Source: Rotaria socialis
Lineage: Eukaryota
Length of the DNA stretch: 64,000 bases
Assembly: GCA_905331295.1 (NCBI GenBank)
Contig: CAJNYD010000035.1
Span: 62,001 to 126,000 of the forward strand
Direction: 5' to 3'
The notes beneath the pieces were generated by a model, which searched no databases, was not told where the DNA came from, and saw nothing but the letters and a program-made list of their open reading frames with translations. Position 1 is the first letter of the stretch. Every line of letters begins with the position of its first letter. This document shows positions 1 through 13,362 of this stretch, piece after piece. Both the position numbers and the translations under genes were made by a program.

Positions 1-100
1 AATTTTTTATAATTGATAGTTTTCATCAATGGTGCTTTGCTACTGAAAAGAGTCATCTTCTATCGATGAAAGACATTAATCCACCAAAAATGCACTTTAC

Positions 101-888
101 TGTTTTCAGTCCTGTGAAGCAGAACAATGCGGTAACAACGCTAAAAACTGTCCGTCATTGAGCTCTACGTATTTGATAGACCCAGTTATTCTGAGCAGTG
201 GGTGCTTGTTGGTAATCTTAAAACTAGCGCTAAAAAATCGACTATTTTCTCGTATAGAAGCCCTAGTACATAGGCAATATTCCAGCAATGTGCACCATAA
301 GTTTTGAAAACGTTGATGCATCTATAATCAGCAAACATTTTCCAACAGTATGACGTCAACAGATCCTTTTGAAGTCGAAAGAGAAATGTTCACTTTTAGG
401 ATCCTGAAGGAGGGCACGGCATGCGAATTAGAAATAGTAGATCTATAATTTTTGTCCTTTCTTCTGCGAAACTCAATTTCAATCAGACATACTACATCAA
501 CTGTAGAAACCCTGCAAGAATTTAGCAATGGATCCTCTTTATTTAAAAAAATATATATTTTCCACATTCAGGTACTCCCCTCCAGGGTCCGAAAACTGAA
601 CATTTCTCTTTCGACTTCAACAGGATCTGTTGACATCATATTGTTGGAGAATGTTTGCTGATTATACATGCCAAAAAATGTTCAAAACTTATGCTACACA
701 TTGCTGGATTATTGCCGATGTACTGGCACTTATATATTAGAAAATAGTCGATCCTTTAGCACTATTTTCAAGATTATCAACGAGCCCCTACTGCTCACAA
801 CAACTTGGCCTATCAAATACGTAGACCTCAATGACAAACAGTTTTTAGCGTTGATACCGCATCGTTCTACTTCACACGACTGAAAACA
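101..888. mobile_element. Foldback/MITE with ~320-bp imperfect inverted arms
   Basis: 101-~417 (tgttttcagtcc...) is the diverged reverse complement of ~571-888 (...cgactgaaaaca). The mirror-image short ORFs in the track reflect this. No clear TSD. Confidence 0.8.
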
Positions 889-989
889 ACCATTCTTTAT
901 TGTTAACGGATAAATGAATGAAATGTTTTAAGAGACTTCCAAAAGTCTTCAAATTGTTAGCACCTTTCAAGCAATCGTACAAACTATCT

Positions 990-1644
990 ACACATTTCCA
1001 TCGCACTTAGTAATAATTCCTTCGATCACAAAAAAATCCCTATCATCATTGTTCTCTAATGTCTACCATACATTTCAAATTGTATCTAATGAAAAAGATC
1101 GGGAAGCTACTTGGTTAACTAATCAATTAAATGTACATCTTCTTTTGAATGAATATTTTTATTCAATTTACCACTTTTATCACACTGTGTATTAACATCA
1201 GCATGCATAGTTTTGAATTATTCAACCTAATAATAATATTTTAACTGTGACTTTGCCATCTNATTTATACGATAGAAACTTACAGCGAGTCGTTTCCTCC
1301 TGCTGTCGACTAGAGAAATCTTTACAAACTTGACAGAGAAACTTGTTTAACGGTCAATTTAGTGTATTCAAGAAATATACTATTTTACCTATTGGATTTT
1401 TCATGGAGTCTGAATCGTCACATATGAAAACAATTTCATAACCACGCAGTTGATGAAGTTTCGTAGCAAAATTTTTATTAACTAAAGAGAAAAAGCAGCT
1501 CTCGTACAAGAACTGCTGTTTAAGGATTGTATTGAAAGAAAAACTTACTCGCATAGCGGTGAGTAAAGTCTTCGTAAGCGGACTTAGAATCCCGAGTCGG
1601 TTTATTGTTTGTTGATGCTGGTAAATGAGGATACATTGTTCCTG
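990..1644 (-). pseudogene. Inverted partial duplicate of the vWA gene (exons 1-3 plus downstream flank), broken at a single N
   Basis: 1263-1644 is the reverse complement of 3676-4057, and 990-1261 of 5284-5555. The intervening ~1.2 kb is absent at the N at 1262. ATG at 1636; MIDAS reads DDSDSM versus DDSGSM in the other copy. May be an intact gene hidden by an assembly gap. Confidence 0.75.
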
Positions 1645-3683
1645 GAATAAATTGTGTGAATTGTTATCACTGTTTTCCTTATACATGAATTTGTTTATGT
1701 AATAAATGAAGAAAAAATTCCAAAATTTAATCAATGATGGATTCGTTGTGAATCTGTTCATTACCGCAAGTCACGAATAAAAACGAAAAGTCGCAGAAAA
1801 ATGTTAAAAAACTCAATGAACTGTTATTCGTGATAGTATAAAACAGTCGGCAATCGTAAACTTGAAATTCAACTGCTATCGCAGTCTAAAGTGCAAAAAT
1901 TTACAATAGCTCTTTTAGTCGATTTTAGGTGTTAATGGTTGTACTACAAAGTCAGTTGTGTCGAAGATAAAGTAGCATTGTTTTTAACTTGCTGGATATG
2001 ATATACACTTTCTTTCATTTTAAAGTAATTAAATGTGATAAATCAAACAATCTTTCTATTACTTCATTTATTTTTTGATACACCCACTATACATTTTCCC
2101 CTTATCAAAGCATCGCCAATATAAAAAATTTGGTTTGCTTCGAATCCACACATGCATAATTATATTTATGGGGCCTTTTCGGGTAAATGCACATGGTTAT
2201 GCTTGAGTTATTCAATATTTCCAGTTTCAGCTTCAATGAGTTAATAAAAAGAATAAATTGAGAATACACCAGTGGGCAATTTTCTAGTATAGACATCGAT
2301 GATATAAATAAAAGTAAATCATCATCTTTCAACATGAACGTTTAGATTTTTGCAAGTGTAAACAGACAGTCTCATAGAGTGAATATTGGGAAGCAGAGAT
2401 GATTAATCAAGAGCAAATATATAGATATATGCAGTTTTCACTGTACGGCGATTTATGAACCATGGCTATCTAACTTATAGATGTACCTAAGAGTCAATTA
2501 TTTCAAATCTATTAAATAATAATAAAAACGATTAAATAGTGATTGAAAGATAATATCAGTTTCCGAATGAAGTCAGATCATATTATATAGTTCTTACCTT
2601 CTGAAATAGAGCAAATTCAATAGGTGAATCAACCTTTCATATGGTGATCGACGTATTCTATTTAGCGATTCTTTTCTGTATGTATCTCTTGTTGTTGCGC
2701 ATGAATCTATCCTTTACTAAATAAGACAAATTATTCATGCTATGCGTATTTTCATCGAGTCGAGTATAACAAAATAATTACATGTTAAATTGAATATATC
2801 CCAATATCAGAAATCGTGGGAGCAATCATGAAAAACTATATTAGGTCAGTTCATGCATTCTTCTATTCAATACTCTACGAAATGCTCAAGAAACTAGGTA
2901 GTACAATATTTTTGGTCTCCATACGATCAGTTGACTACAGTATAATTAAATGAACTTGATTAAGAGGAGCCCCGTTTTGTCAATTTATTCCTTGAATCAC
3001 CCATATCCTATTTTTAGTTGAATATAAGAAATACTAATATCATCATTGAATCACTCAACCATAAATATCTTCGCGTGAAAAACAAAGCAATAACAAAGTA
3101 GAATACCTGTAGCTAAATATGAGCAAGACGGAGGGACAAAAAAACTTCAAATATGACTGATACATTACCTAGAAGAAACCATTCAAGCAAGATAAAAAAA
3201 TCAAGGAAAGAAAAGAATAATTCAATTTGTCATACTTGCCCAAAACTAATAGACAAACTATATCGTCGTTGGGGTATTGTAAAAAAGACACAGATGTATT
3301 TTCCATAAGGAGAAAAAATAACTAGCATAAATTTCTATCAGCTAATAAAACGTTTACTGCAAACTAATAAACTTTACGCAGCTCACGCAAAAAAATCTAG
3401 AGGATACTGAATACGAAACATGCCTTTAAAGAAGCATTGCTTGAATGCTAAGCAGAGAATTTAAGATTACTTGTTTTTTCTTCGTGAGTGACACCCGCGT
3501 TGATATATTCTATTTCGCATTATAGATTCACAGTTTCAGTAACGAAATTCGCCGGTCAATACATTGACAAGGTGTAAACAAGAAGGTCACACTTTTCAAA
3601 ATTTTCGCAATTTTCCATATCTACGAATTAGTTTCTAAAACACAGACACTCATTAAAATTTACACAGCTACTTTACAGGAACA

Positions 3684-4958
3684 ATGTATCCTCATTTACA
3701 AGGATCAACAAACAATAAACCGACTCGGGATTCTATGTCCGCTTACGAAGACTTTACTCACCGCTATGCGAGTAAGTTTTTCTTTCAATACAATCCTTAA
3801 ACAGCAGTTCTTGTACGAGAGCTGCTTTTTCTCTTTAGTTAATAAAAATTATGCTACGAAACTTCATCAACTACGTGGTTATGAAATTGTTTTCATATGT
3901 GACGATTCAGGCTCCATGAAAAATCCAATAGGTAAAATAGTATATTTCTTGAATACACTAAATTGACCGTTAAACAAGTTTCTCTGTCAAGTTTGTAAAG
4001 ATTTCTCTAGTCGACAGCAGGAGGAAACGACTCGCTGTAAGTTTCTATCGTATAAATTTGTAATAAACAGAAAATAATCAATTTCTTATTGTTTTTCTCT
4101 GTTCACCAGGGGAACAACTGAAGAAAATAGTATCAATCGTTGTAGATTTTGCAAGTACACTAGATCCAGACGGCGTTGATGTTTATTTTTTGAATAGAAG
4201 ACCTGCACTCAATGTGCGTAGTTCAAAAGAATTGACTAATATATTTGCCACACCTCCCAATGGTATTCGATTAAAAGATTTTGTACTCGAATATTTATAT
4301 ATTTTATAAAAATAACTTCAGGTATGACACCAATCGTTCGTGTGTTCAGACAAGTTCTTCAAGATAAGGAAAAAAGAATTCGAGAAAGAAAATTATTGGT
4401 TCTTCTAGCTACCGATGGTATACCGACCACTGAAGATGGTACACCCAATGCTCAAGAACTTTATCAGGTTCTCTTAAGTGAACGTATACCAATAGACCGA
4501 GTTCCTGCAACGATTATCTGTTGCACAGGTAAATATCTAATTATCAAATACTTATCTAGCCATTATAGATAAAACACACCAGATAGACTTTCCCAAGCGG
4601 CTACTTTGTCAGTTCAGTTCATATATCTCACATTCATGGTGTGTTTTCTATTGTTTAAGATGATCAGGAATGCATGTCATATCTTAATGATTGGGACCGA
4701 AAAATTCAAAATCTTGATGTTGTCGATAATTACGAGAAAGAAAAACAACAGATTTTAGCTTATCAAGGCAAGTCTTTTCCATTTAGCTTCGGTGATGTGA
4801 GTGATCATTGTTAGACAAAACTCGAAATGCTCACAACGTGTATTCATTTCTTGTTTTAGTACGTCGTGAAAATTCTTTTAGGTGGTGTGGACAGTTGGTT
4901 CGACCGTTTGGATGAAGAAAAAGTATCTTTAGATAATGATAGATCATCTCAACACTGA
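3684..4958 (+). CDS. von Willebrand factor A (vWA) domain protein, 7 coding exons
   Basis: Spliced reading: MYPHLQ...YEIVFICDDSGSM (MIDAS DxSxS)...TRWEQLKKIV...DPDGVDVYFLNR...GMTPIVRV...LLATDGIPT...LDVVDNY...FSFGDYVVKILLGGVDSWFDRLDE. GT-AG introns, stop TGA at 4956-4958. Confidence 0.85.
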
Positions 4959-7611
4959 ACAGATTCTTGATGAACCGTCTTCAATCTTGACATTTGCTTT
5001 TTTTCATATTGAGTATTCTGCTAAACGTATTTTCAGCTTGGTAGATTCTCTTTCAGCAAAATTCTGAATCAAATCTTATCCTCAGTAATTCTACTTGCAT
5101 AAGATAATAATGCATGTTTTATTCAATCATTTTATTTGCTTGTGATAAATGCGCATCCTACGATTTTCGAGTAAACATAGCATTATACTTATTGTTCAAG
5201 ACAAAATAGTTTCCTGTGGAAGAAATACCTTGAGTACGTTATTTTGTGCGATACTGGTTTTGAGTCAATGTCACAGTTGCAATAGATGGCAAAGTCACAG
5301 TTAAAATATTATTATTAGCTTGAATAATTCAAAACTATGCATACTGATGTTAATACACAGTGTGATAAAAGTGGTAAATTGAATAAAAATATTCATTCAA
5401 AAGAAGATGTACATTTAATTGATTAGTTAACCAAGTAGCTTCCCGATCTTTTTCATTAGATACAATTTGAAATGTATGGTAGACATTAGAGAACAATGAT
5501 GATAGGGATTTTTTTGTGATCGAAGGAATTATTACTAAGTGCGATGGAAATGTGTGAACCTTTTGAATACAATGTTGCAGGCTAGTGAAAAATCTGTAGA
5601 GCTTTCAGTGTCTACTAAAATATGTCATGTATCTAATGGAAATATGCTGATATTTCAATTAAATATTTTTCATGTTGTAAATTGTGTGCAATTGAAAATT
5701 GTTTAATAATATAAGAGAGAAATAGCGGATAGCAGCGTAAAATTGTGATTGTTGTGTAATATATGGCAGAATCCATGCTCATGAAAGTTTCTCTAGTAAG
5801 ATCCCATGGATAAATGCGTTTAGATCCTCACCAAAATGTTCTTTTGGTTGTTTCTATGAATGTATCACATTTTTGCTACTCGATTGATTAAATGGAATAT
5901 GTTATGCAAGACTAGTAAATTTCCAAATAATTATTGTTTAAGAATTATGAAAAAATATGTAAATATTTTGTTAGTTCTATATCTGTATATGGGTGTTCTA
6001 CGCTGATTTGAGTCTGATATTTTCATTGTAAATCTAAATTTGATTAATTCAAAATATCATTGATATATTCGATAGTATTGTTCCATAGGCTATAAATTCT
6101 TATCATCTTTTCAAGTTAATCGAAGACAAGATCAAATCTCACTGTTCAATTATAAAAACATGACATTTGATAAAAGACAATGAATATTGTAGAACTTTAT
6201 TATTGAAATGTAAAAACATGGCGAGTTTAGTAATACTGCGTGATAGCGATACCGCAATATGTCGATTTTGTATTTAATTCGGTGCTGTAAACTTAATGAT
6301 TATCGGAGCTGAAGAAAAGTCAATAGTGTCGATAAAAAAAAATAATAATCGTAGAAATGTGCAAATGTATGAAGAGAAGAATATCACTCTTAGTGACGCT
6401 GAAAATTAGTGATGAAGCAATGATAATGACATTTTATCATTAATCAATTGTTCAATATAGGTTCAATCGGATGATAAATTATATTTGGGGCCTAATCTCT
6501 TTCGTCCATGTTCACTTCAAATTGTTCATATTCATGTTGAATCGATTTGAGAAAATCTATAAGTACATGTTTGATAGATATTCGATAAAGTATAAATATC
6601 GCTGACAAAAATACACGTACCGTGGCAGTTTTTGATGGGAACAGTTTTATTTACTGTACCAGATACTTGCTTTTTTGGGTCTTTAATAGTAGTCGCTGGC
6701 TAAAAATTTCCATACATAAAATAGAATTATATTCATTCATTGTTTATTTGACATGTATATTTATTGATAAAAGTGAAACTATATTTATTAAGTCTATGCA
6801 ATGTTATCATATGTGCAAGATTCAAACTCACTCTGTGAACAACTGATGTTATACTTTGTTAAAAATGAATTAATAAGCGAACACTCTTATGATAGACAAC
6901 TTACAGATCCAGATGGCAATTTTTCTGATTGGTTACGTTGCGTATTAGTGACCTGATTCTAGACAAATTTTAAGTTATTGATATTTTTGTTTCATACTTG
7001 ATAGCTAGACTAATTATGATTTGTACTTGATCAATCTTTTTTGTTGTGCTTTTATTTTACTACATTAAAACAGCCTGTTTTAAATTAATTCAATTATGAA
7101 TAATTTACTAGTTTTCAAAATGTAAATTAAGAAATATGCACTGGTATCAATATCACTTATTTTAAACAATGTGTCAAGCGAAAACAAATCATTACGTGAT
7201 CTCTTTAATAGTTAGCTTACTTTTTTTTGAACTGTAGAAGTTGATGAAGACATCTCTAAGATAAATCTTGGAAGTTCTACAAAATAATAATTTCAATTAC
7301 TTCGGTGAGAGCATATTATTTTTCTCAATCGTTTGCATTACATTTCGTTTTTTCTTCTCGAAAAAATAAACATTTAACAGATAAGAACGAAAAAAAAAAT
7401 AATAACTATATGTATGTATATACACATGCATAACAAAGATACAAGTTGTACAAAGAAGAAGTATTACGACGATAACAAAGTAGATCTATGTGATTTAATC
7501 ACAAATATCAGCAACAAAAATAATGTATGAAAAATAAAGAATCTGACTAATTATGTTTCTTGATTTCACAATAGTGTAGTTTTATGAACCACTTGATGAA
7601 AGAAATTGATT

Positions 7612-10600
7612 CTACTTGTGTTTTTTAGCAAAGCCACTGCCACTGGCTTTGCTTTTCGGTGTAGCATCCTTTTTTCGTTTGAGACCTTTGTTAGTTGCAT
7701 TTTGTATTTCCTATACAAAAGAGAACTTTAAGACTTTCCTTTAGACAATTCGTGTGTTCTAGTAATACGAGACAATTATGAATTACTCGAATACAAAAAA
7801 TTTTGTTTTAATTTGGTTTATTTAAAATATAAATACGTACGGCTTTTTTAGCAATTGGTGTTGTCGTTGTAACATTGTGGGACACAGTAAAAAATGAGTC
7901 CAATCGACCCTGTTGTGTTGTTGTTCGAGCTTTTGCTAATTTTTTTGCACCATTACGAATACGATCTTCACTAAAAATTGGATGATAAAATGAATAGAAC
8001 ACAGTGTCGTTTAGAGTCTTATTAATTGACAAGTCTGTATTAAGATATAGGCCTCATGATTTTGTACGCCACTTGTATTGTAGATGTCAGACATCAAGTT
8101 TTTATAGGACTCAATCAGATTTGATTAATATTCAAAAATGTGACGTTGGAGAACTTTTTTTCTTCCTTAACAAAAAACACCCCTTATGCACTTATTTTTA
8201 TTTGCTGTAAGGGCAAAATGAATCTACATGTATAAAAATACAGAATAATATCATTATGTGAATCATTAATGATTCGTTTCTCGGTAAATTTTATGTTCTC
8301 TTTCTTTTTCTTATTCTCGTACGTTCTTTTTTCATGACTGCGTAAATTATTCTGTTGTTTTTGCCTTTTTTTCTTCTATATTACCTGTAGAAAACTATAT
8401 TAACGACGACAGAAACACTATTTTCTTCATATTTCTTTCTTATTCAGACAAACTAAGAAAATGACTGCTGTCTATTATATCAAAGTATATTTAACAAAAA
8501 TCAATCAACAACAAGAAATTCGTCGATTTTGTGTATGTCATATTCACTTAATACTCACAAGAAGAATTTCATTGTTTTCTTTAGATTGACATTTCACCAG
8601 AAAATGATGTTTATAATGAATTAACAACAAAAATCAAATCATATCTATCGAATAATCAATTACAAGATTTCATTCTTCAATATAATGATGAAGATAATGA
8701 ACGCATTACATTTAGTTCAAATGATGAACTCCGTTCAGCTATTACTTTAAATAAAGATACAAACACTTTAAAAGTTTTTGTTACATTCAATCAATCAATT
8801 CCTCAAGAACAACACAATGCAACCAATAAAGAATGCCATGTTGGCGTTGAATGTGATGCCTGTAAAGGACCAGTTATTGGTTGTCGATATAAATGTTGTG
8901 TATGTCCAAACTATGATTTATGTGAAAAATGTGCACTAGTTGGTATTCATTCCGAACATAATATGATTAAAATATCAAAACCAAGCAATTATCACAACTT
9001 CAATGATCATTATCATCATCATTTTAATAATCATCATGATGGCCATCAACATAATCATATGCCGCCCCCACACCCACCATCTTCACCATTTGTGTCAAGT
9101 CAAGATTATCTTCAAAAAATTCAAGCGCAAATTCCTCAATGGTTACCAAATCGTCAAAATGCTGCTCATTTTCGATCTCATGTACAACAACACATCGACT
9201 CATTAAAAGCCAATAGCCAAACACACATGAAAAGTTCAAAACAATATCTGGAAAATGTTGGGCAGTATTTACAAAAAACACTAACACCACTTGGTGTTAA
9301 TTGTGAATATCATGTTGAAGAAGAAAAACAAAAGCCAAATGAACAACAAGAAGAACAAGTCTCAACAACAACAACAACTACTACTCATTCGGCAGTAAAT
9401 TCAGTTGTAACATCAAATTCGTCAGATTCAGATTCGTCTTCAACTAATAATAATAATAATCAAGAAAATACCGAAAACTCAATCATACCACCAGTTGAAG
9501 AATCAACCCATATAAGAAATTCATTAGAATACAGCATCGATGATTGTATGCAAAGAATGACAGCAATGGGTTTTATAGATGCTAATGGAGCATTACGTGA
9601 GCTTATTCGTTCAAAACAAGGTGATATTAACTTGGTTCTCGACGCTATCAATCCACGTTCTTATCAAGTTTAGCTGAAACAAATTATCACAAAGAAAATA
9701 CTAAAATGAAAAAAGAGACAGTGCTTGCATTCTTCTATTTATTAAATATATAGCGGCGTATAAACGAATAATTTCCTTTTTTTTTTCTTTTGAATATGAT
9801 AAAAAGAAATTTTTCGAAATTTAACTTCAATCGCAAAATAGAAAGCTTTTCTTTTCACTTACCCAAATCCTTTTTCAGTCACCATATAAGCTATGAGACC
9901 CTCTTCATCTGGTTCAGTCCATTTAAGCTAAAAATTAATATTTAAAGAAACAAAACATGAAAAGAAGTGAATTCAGAAAAAGAAAATTACATCAACAGCA
10001 TCGCCGGATAAAATGTCTGGTTCTTTGAATAGTTCTCGTGCTTTTTCATATGCCCACTCATCAGGTACGCTGTATTTCTATACAAATAATAAGACATAAA
10101 AATTAGTATAATTCATGTAAATAAATAAAATATACTTTGGTATCAATATGTTTAAGAATTGTTTCAATATCACGATATTGTTTAATAAGATCGAGAGCAC
10201 GTTTTTGTCCAATACCTTTGATTGAATCACAATAATCACATCCAAGTAAAATACATAAATCTATGAACTAGAACAAAAACAAATTTTAAAACAATAAATT
10301 AAGATAAATCATACCTCTTCGAAATTAATTCCTAAGCCTTGAAGAACTTTTGGAAGTGAAAATTCTCGAATGGGCATTTTTCTATAAAAATAGATTTCAT
10401 ACAGAATGAGTATTTTGATATGTGAATAATAACTAACGCACCGTGCTTCACTAAATGTTAAATGACGTACAAGCACATCCGCGCCAAATGTCAATGCCTA
10501 GAAATGTGTATGAAACAAAAATAATAATACAAAAATAATCAGATCTAACTTACATCCATATCTTCAGTACCAACTCCATAAACTTTTCCGTCTTTGACAA

Positions 10601-11651
10601 GTGCTGCACATTCTGAATGAGAAAAAGAAACTATATTAATTGAATATAAAACAAACAAATCTTACGAGCTTCAGCTTCTGTAGGTGCATTGACATAAGGT
10701 ATACCCATTAATTTTAATAAGCGTTTACATTCTTCGTTATGTTCACGAGTAACCTTAACAGTTCGACGAGCAAATTTATCAAATGCTTCTTCATCACCTA
10801 ATTAATAGAAATCAGTAAGTTTTCAATGCAAGAAATAAAAGAAAAACAATTGAACTCAACTACAAATCAATAAAATTCAAACAAACAGAAATATCTAGAT
10901 GATCTTTTCCCCATTGGAGTCATTCCATTGTTGATAAGAAAACATTTATGCTAAATTTTCTTTACTAATTTTATTCGCTTTTATTCCTATTTAAACGTTT
11001 TCAATGAGAACTTACCAGCTTCAGCTGCTTTGGACATTTCTGCTTCAGCTTCTGTACGTCGTTCAAGACGTTTTTCTAATTCTTTCGATTTCATTTGTGG
11101 TGGTTTTCCATCGAATACATAAACTGGTTTAATACCATGTTCCACCATACGAATTGTTCGATAAAACATGCCCATTAAATGACTAGTTATTTCACCATTG
11201 TCATTTGTTAAATTTTCACCATTTTGCCGAACAGCTATAAGAAATTGATAGATCGACATCGACCTAGAAACAATATATATAGCAATTTTCAAAGATAAAT
11301 AAATAGTTTATTGGAATAGCTTTTCTCAATAAATTTGACTAATTCTAAACGTCTTTTTTTTTTCATTGAATGAATGCGTTTCCGCAGAATACATTCATAT
11401 GAAAAATTAATTAACTAGTATCTATCATGTAGTAAGTAGAATAATTTTACAGATAAAATAGATTACTTGAATATTAATCATTCACCGAGTGGTAAACCAG
11501 AAAAATGCTACTTTTACGACTATCTAAATATTGTATATTCAACTTACGCATCAACTGCAATCTTTCGACCAAAATAATTTTTCATTTCTCCTTCTTTTAT
11601 AGCTCCTGGTGCTTGATCAGCAATTAATTTTGCTAAATTATGAATTCCCAT
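7612..11651 (-). CDS. FEN1: Flap endonuclease 1, multi-exon
   Basis: [15 protein letters not shown]...[22 protein letters not shown]...[14 protein letters not shown]...[44 protein letters not shown]-terminal PIP box QGRLDSFF. Intron 7971-9862 is 1.9 kb. Confidence 0.97.
8461..9673 (+). CDS. SQSTM1: Sequestosome-1/p62-like autophagy receptor (PB1-ZZ-UBA), 2 exons, nested in a FEN1 intron
   Basis: PB1: IKVYL...[24 protein letters not shown] finger: [63 protein letters not shown]. Intron ~8533-8584. Confidence 0.92.
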
Positions 11652-11951
11652 GATGTGTACACTTAAATGAAAACACCAGTTTGAATTCTAAAAAAGAAAA
11701 CAATAGCTACGAACAAAACAGATGTATAATCTTCGAAATAGTATTATTCTTGGTGTTATTTGTTTTTTCTCTGAATTATATTGAAAAACAGAAATAAATA
11801 ATAGTAGCAATGAAAAAAAAGACAAAATAAGCGAACACAAGAACAATAAAAGTCTGAATAAAACAAACATAGCAAAGTAAATATAATTCATTTCCACAAG
11901 AGAATTAACAAGAAGAAAATAGCCTAATGAAGCAAAAAAAACTTCTTGGAA

Positions 11952-12563
11952 TTAGTATGATGAAATTTTAATTCCGGGTGCTCCACCTGGTGGTCCTTCA
12001 TTTTTTCCAGCATATTTCACTTTTCCATGTGTAAATGGAACATATTTATATTGTATCATATGTGCTATACGTTGTCTCATGGTTAAGAAGAATAATGTGA
12101 AAAAGTAGATGACAAGCACAGGCCAAAATACTGGTATATCAAATATTGGAAATATTGTTAAAACTAAACTGATCATTAGTGCTTTGAATGATGTATACCA
12201 AAATTTAAATTCCGGTAAACGACGCATAAATGGTCGAAACTCATCTGTTGATCGTGTTGGTAAACGTGGTCCATGATCGCCTTCCTCTTCGTCCATACCA
12301 AGTGATGATGGGTCTTGTTTAGGTGTTAGAAAAAGAATAAATTGATTGAGTAAAAATATTCCAAGACCATAAGCAATAATGTAAAACCCTTGGATGAGAA
12401 AAATACGAAGAAAAAAGAGAACTAATAATAGTAAATTAAATAACCAACGAAAGCTAATAAATGGTGTTGCACGATCAAGTAAATGTTGTGTATAAATTCC
12501 AAGACGAGTAAATGAACTAGCTGCGCCGGAACCGATCTTATCAGAATTACCCAACGTGTCCAT
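11952..12563 (-). CDS. RER1: RER1 Golgi-to-ER retrieval receptor, intronless
   Basis: Hallmark motifs YIIAYGLGIFLLNQFILFLTPK, DEFRPFMRRLPEFKFWY, FDIPVFWPVLVIYF, RQRIAHMIQYKYVPF. Confidence 0.97.
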   Translation of the reverse strand: MDTLGNSDKIGSGAASSFTRLGIYTQHLLDRATPFISFRWLFNLLLLVLFFLRIFLIQGFYIIAYGLGIFLLNQFILFLTPKQDPSSLGMDEEEGDHGPRLPTRSTDEFRPFMRRLPEFKFWYTSFKALMISLVLTIFPIFDIPVFWPVLVIYFFTLFFLTMRQRIAHMIQYKYVPFTHGKVKYAGKNEGPPGGAPGIKISSY

Positions 12564-13362
12564 TTCAATTGTTTTCTTCTTTTGACTATAGTAATTGTTT
12601 ATTTTAGTTCTTTGTCAAAACGATTGTATTGTGGCAATGAATGCCTATCGGAGATGTGGAATAGATACTAACTTTGATTGGTTCAATGAAGTGTAAATTG
12701 ATAGAGGACGCCGTATGTTAATAATGTTTTTTCAACTAAAATTAGAATAAAAAAATATATTTTAATATAAATTTTCAAATCTTTTTGGAAAAATCTTTTT
12801 TCTTAATATAAAATTTATGTTGAACAAAGATAGTTTACGGGTACGTGTTTATTCGTTCGACATGCATGGCGTCGTGAAATCATAGAACAGCGTTAAGATT
12901 TCTCAGTGCTAACTTTGTCTTCTTGTTTTCAATGAGTTTTCATAAAAAAATATTTCTAAGTATATTGATTTTTCAGATCTTTTTCATGTACCCTATGGCA
13001 TCTAAATTTGTTCATAGTAGTAAAAGAACTATTCATTTTCCTTGGTATGTATTCGTATTTTCTCTGCTAATGTATGTTCACTAATGGCATACGGTTGTTG
13101 ATTATTGATATTTGAGTCTCATCGAAATGAGTTTCATATCATTATATACAAAAATCATTATCACTATTCCTCGATTACATCTTGTTTAATCATCGATCAG
13201 TAATAAAAAAAAGCATAAGTCTTTTTGAATATTTGATGAAAAAAGCACAAATTCTAACTTTATATAATGGGATTTATTGATTCAGAAATTAAAAAAAAAA
13301 CGATCATATTAATTGTAATAACTAATTAATCTAATTCGACAATTTTGTTTTCAATTAAGGTT

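Noticed and set aside
106..883. Pairs of similar short ORFs on opposite strands
   Set aside because: Mirror translations of foldback arms with no protein motif.
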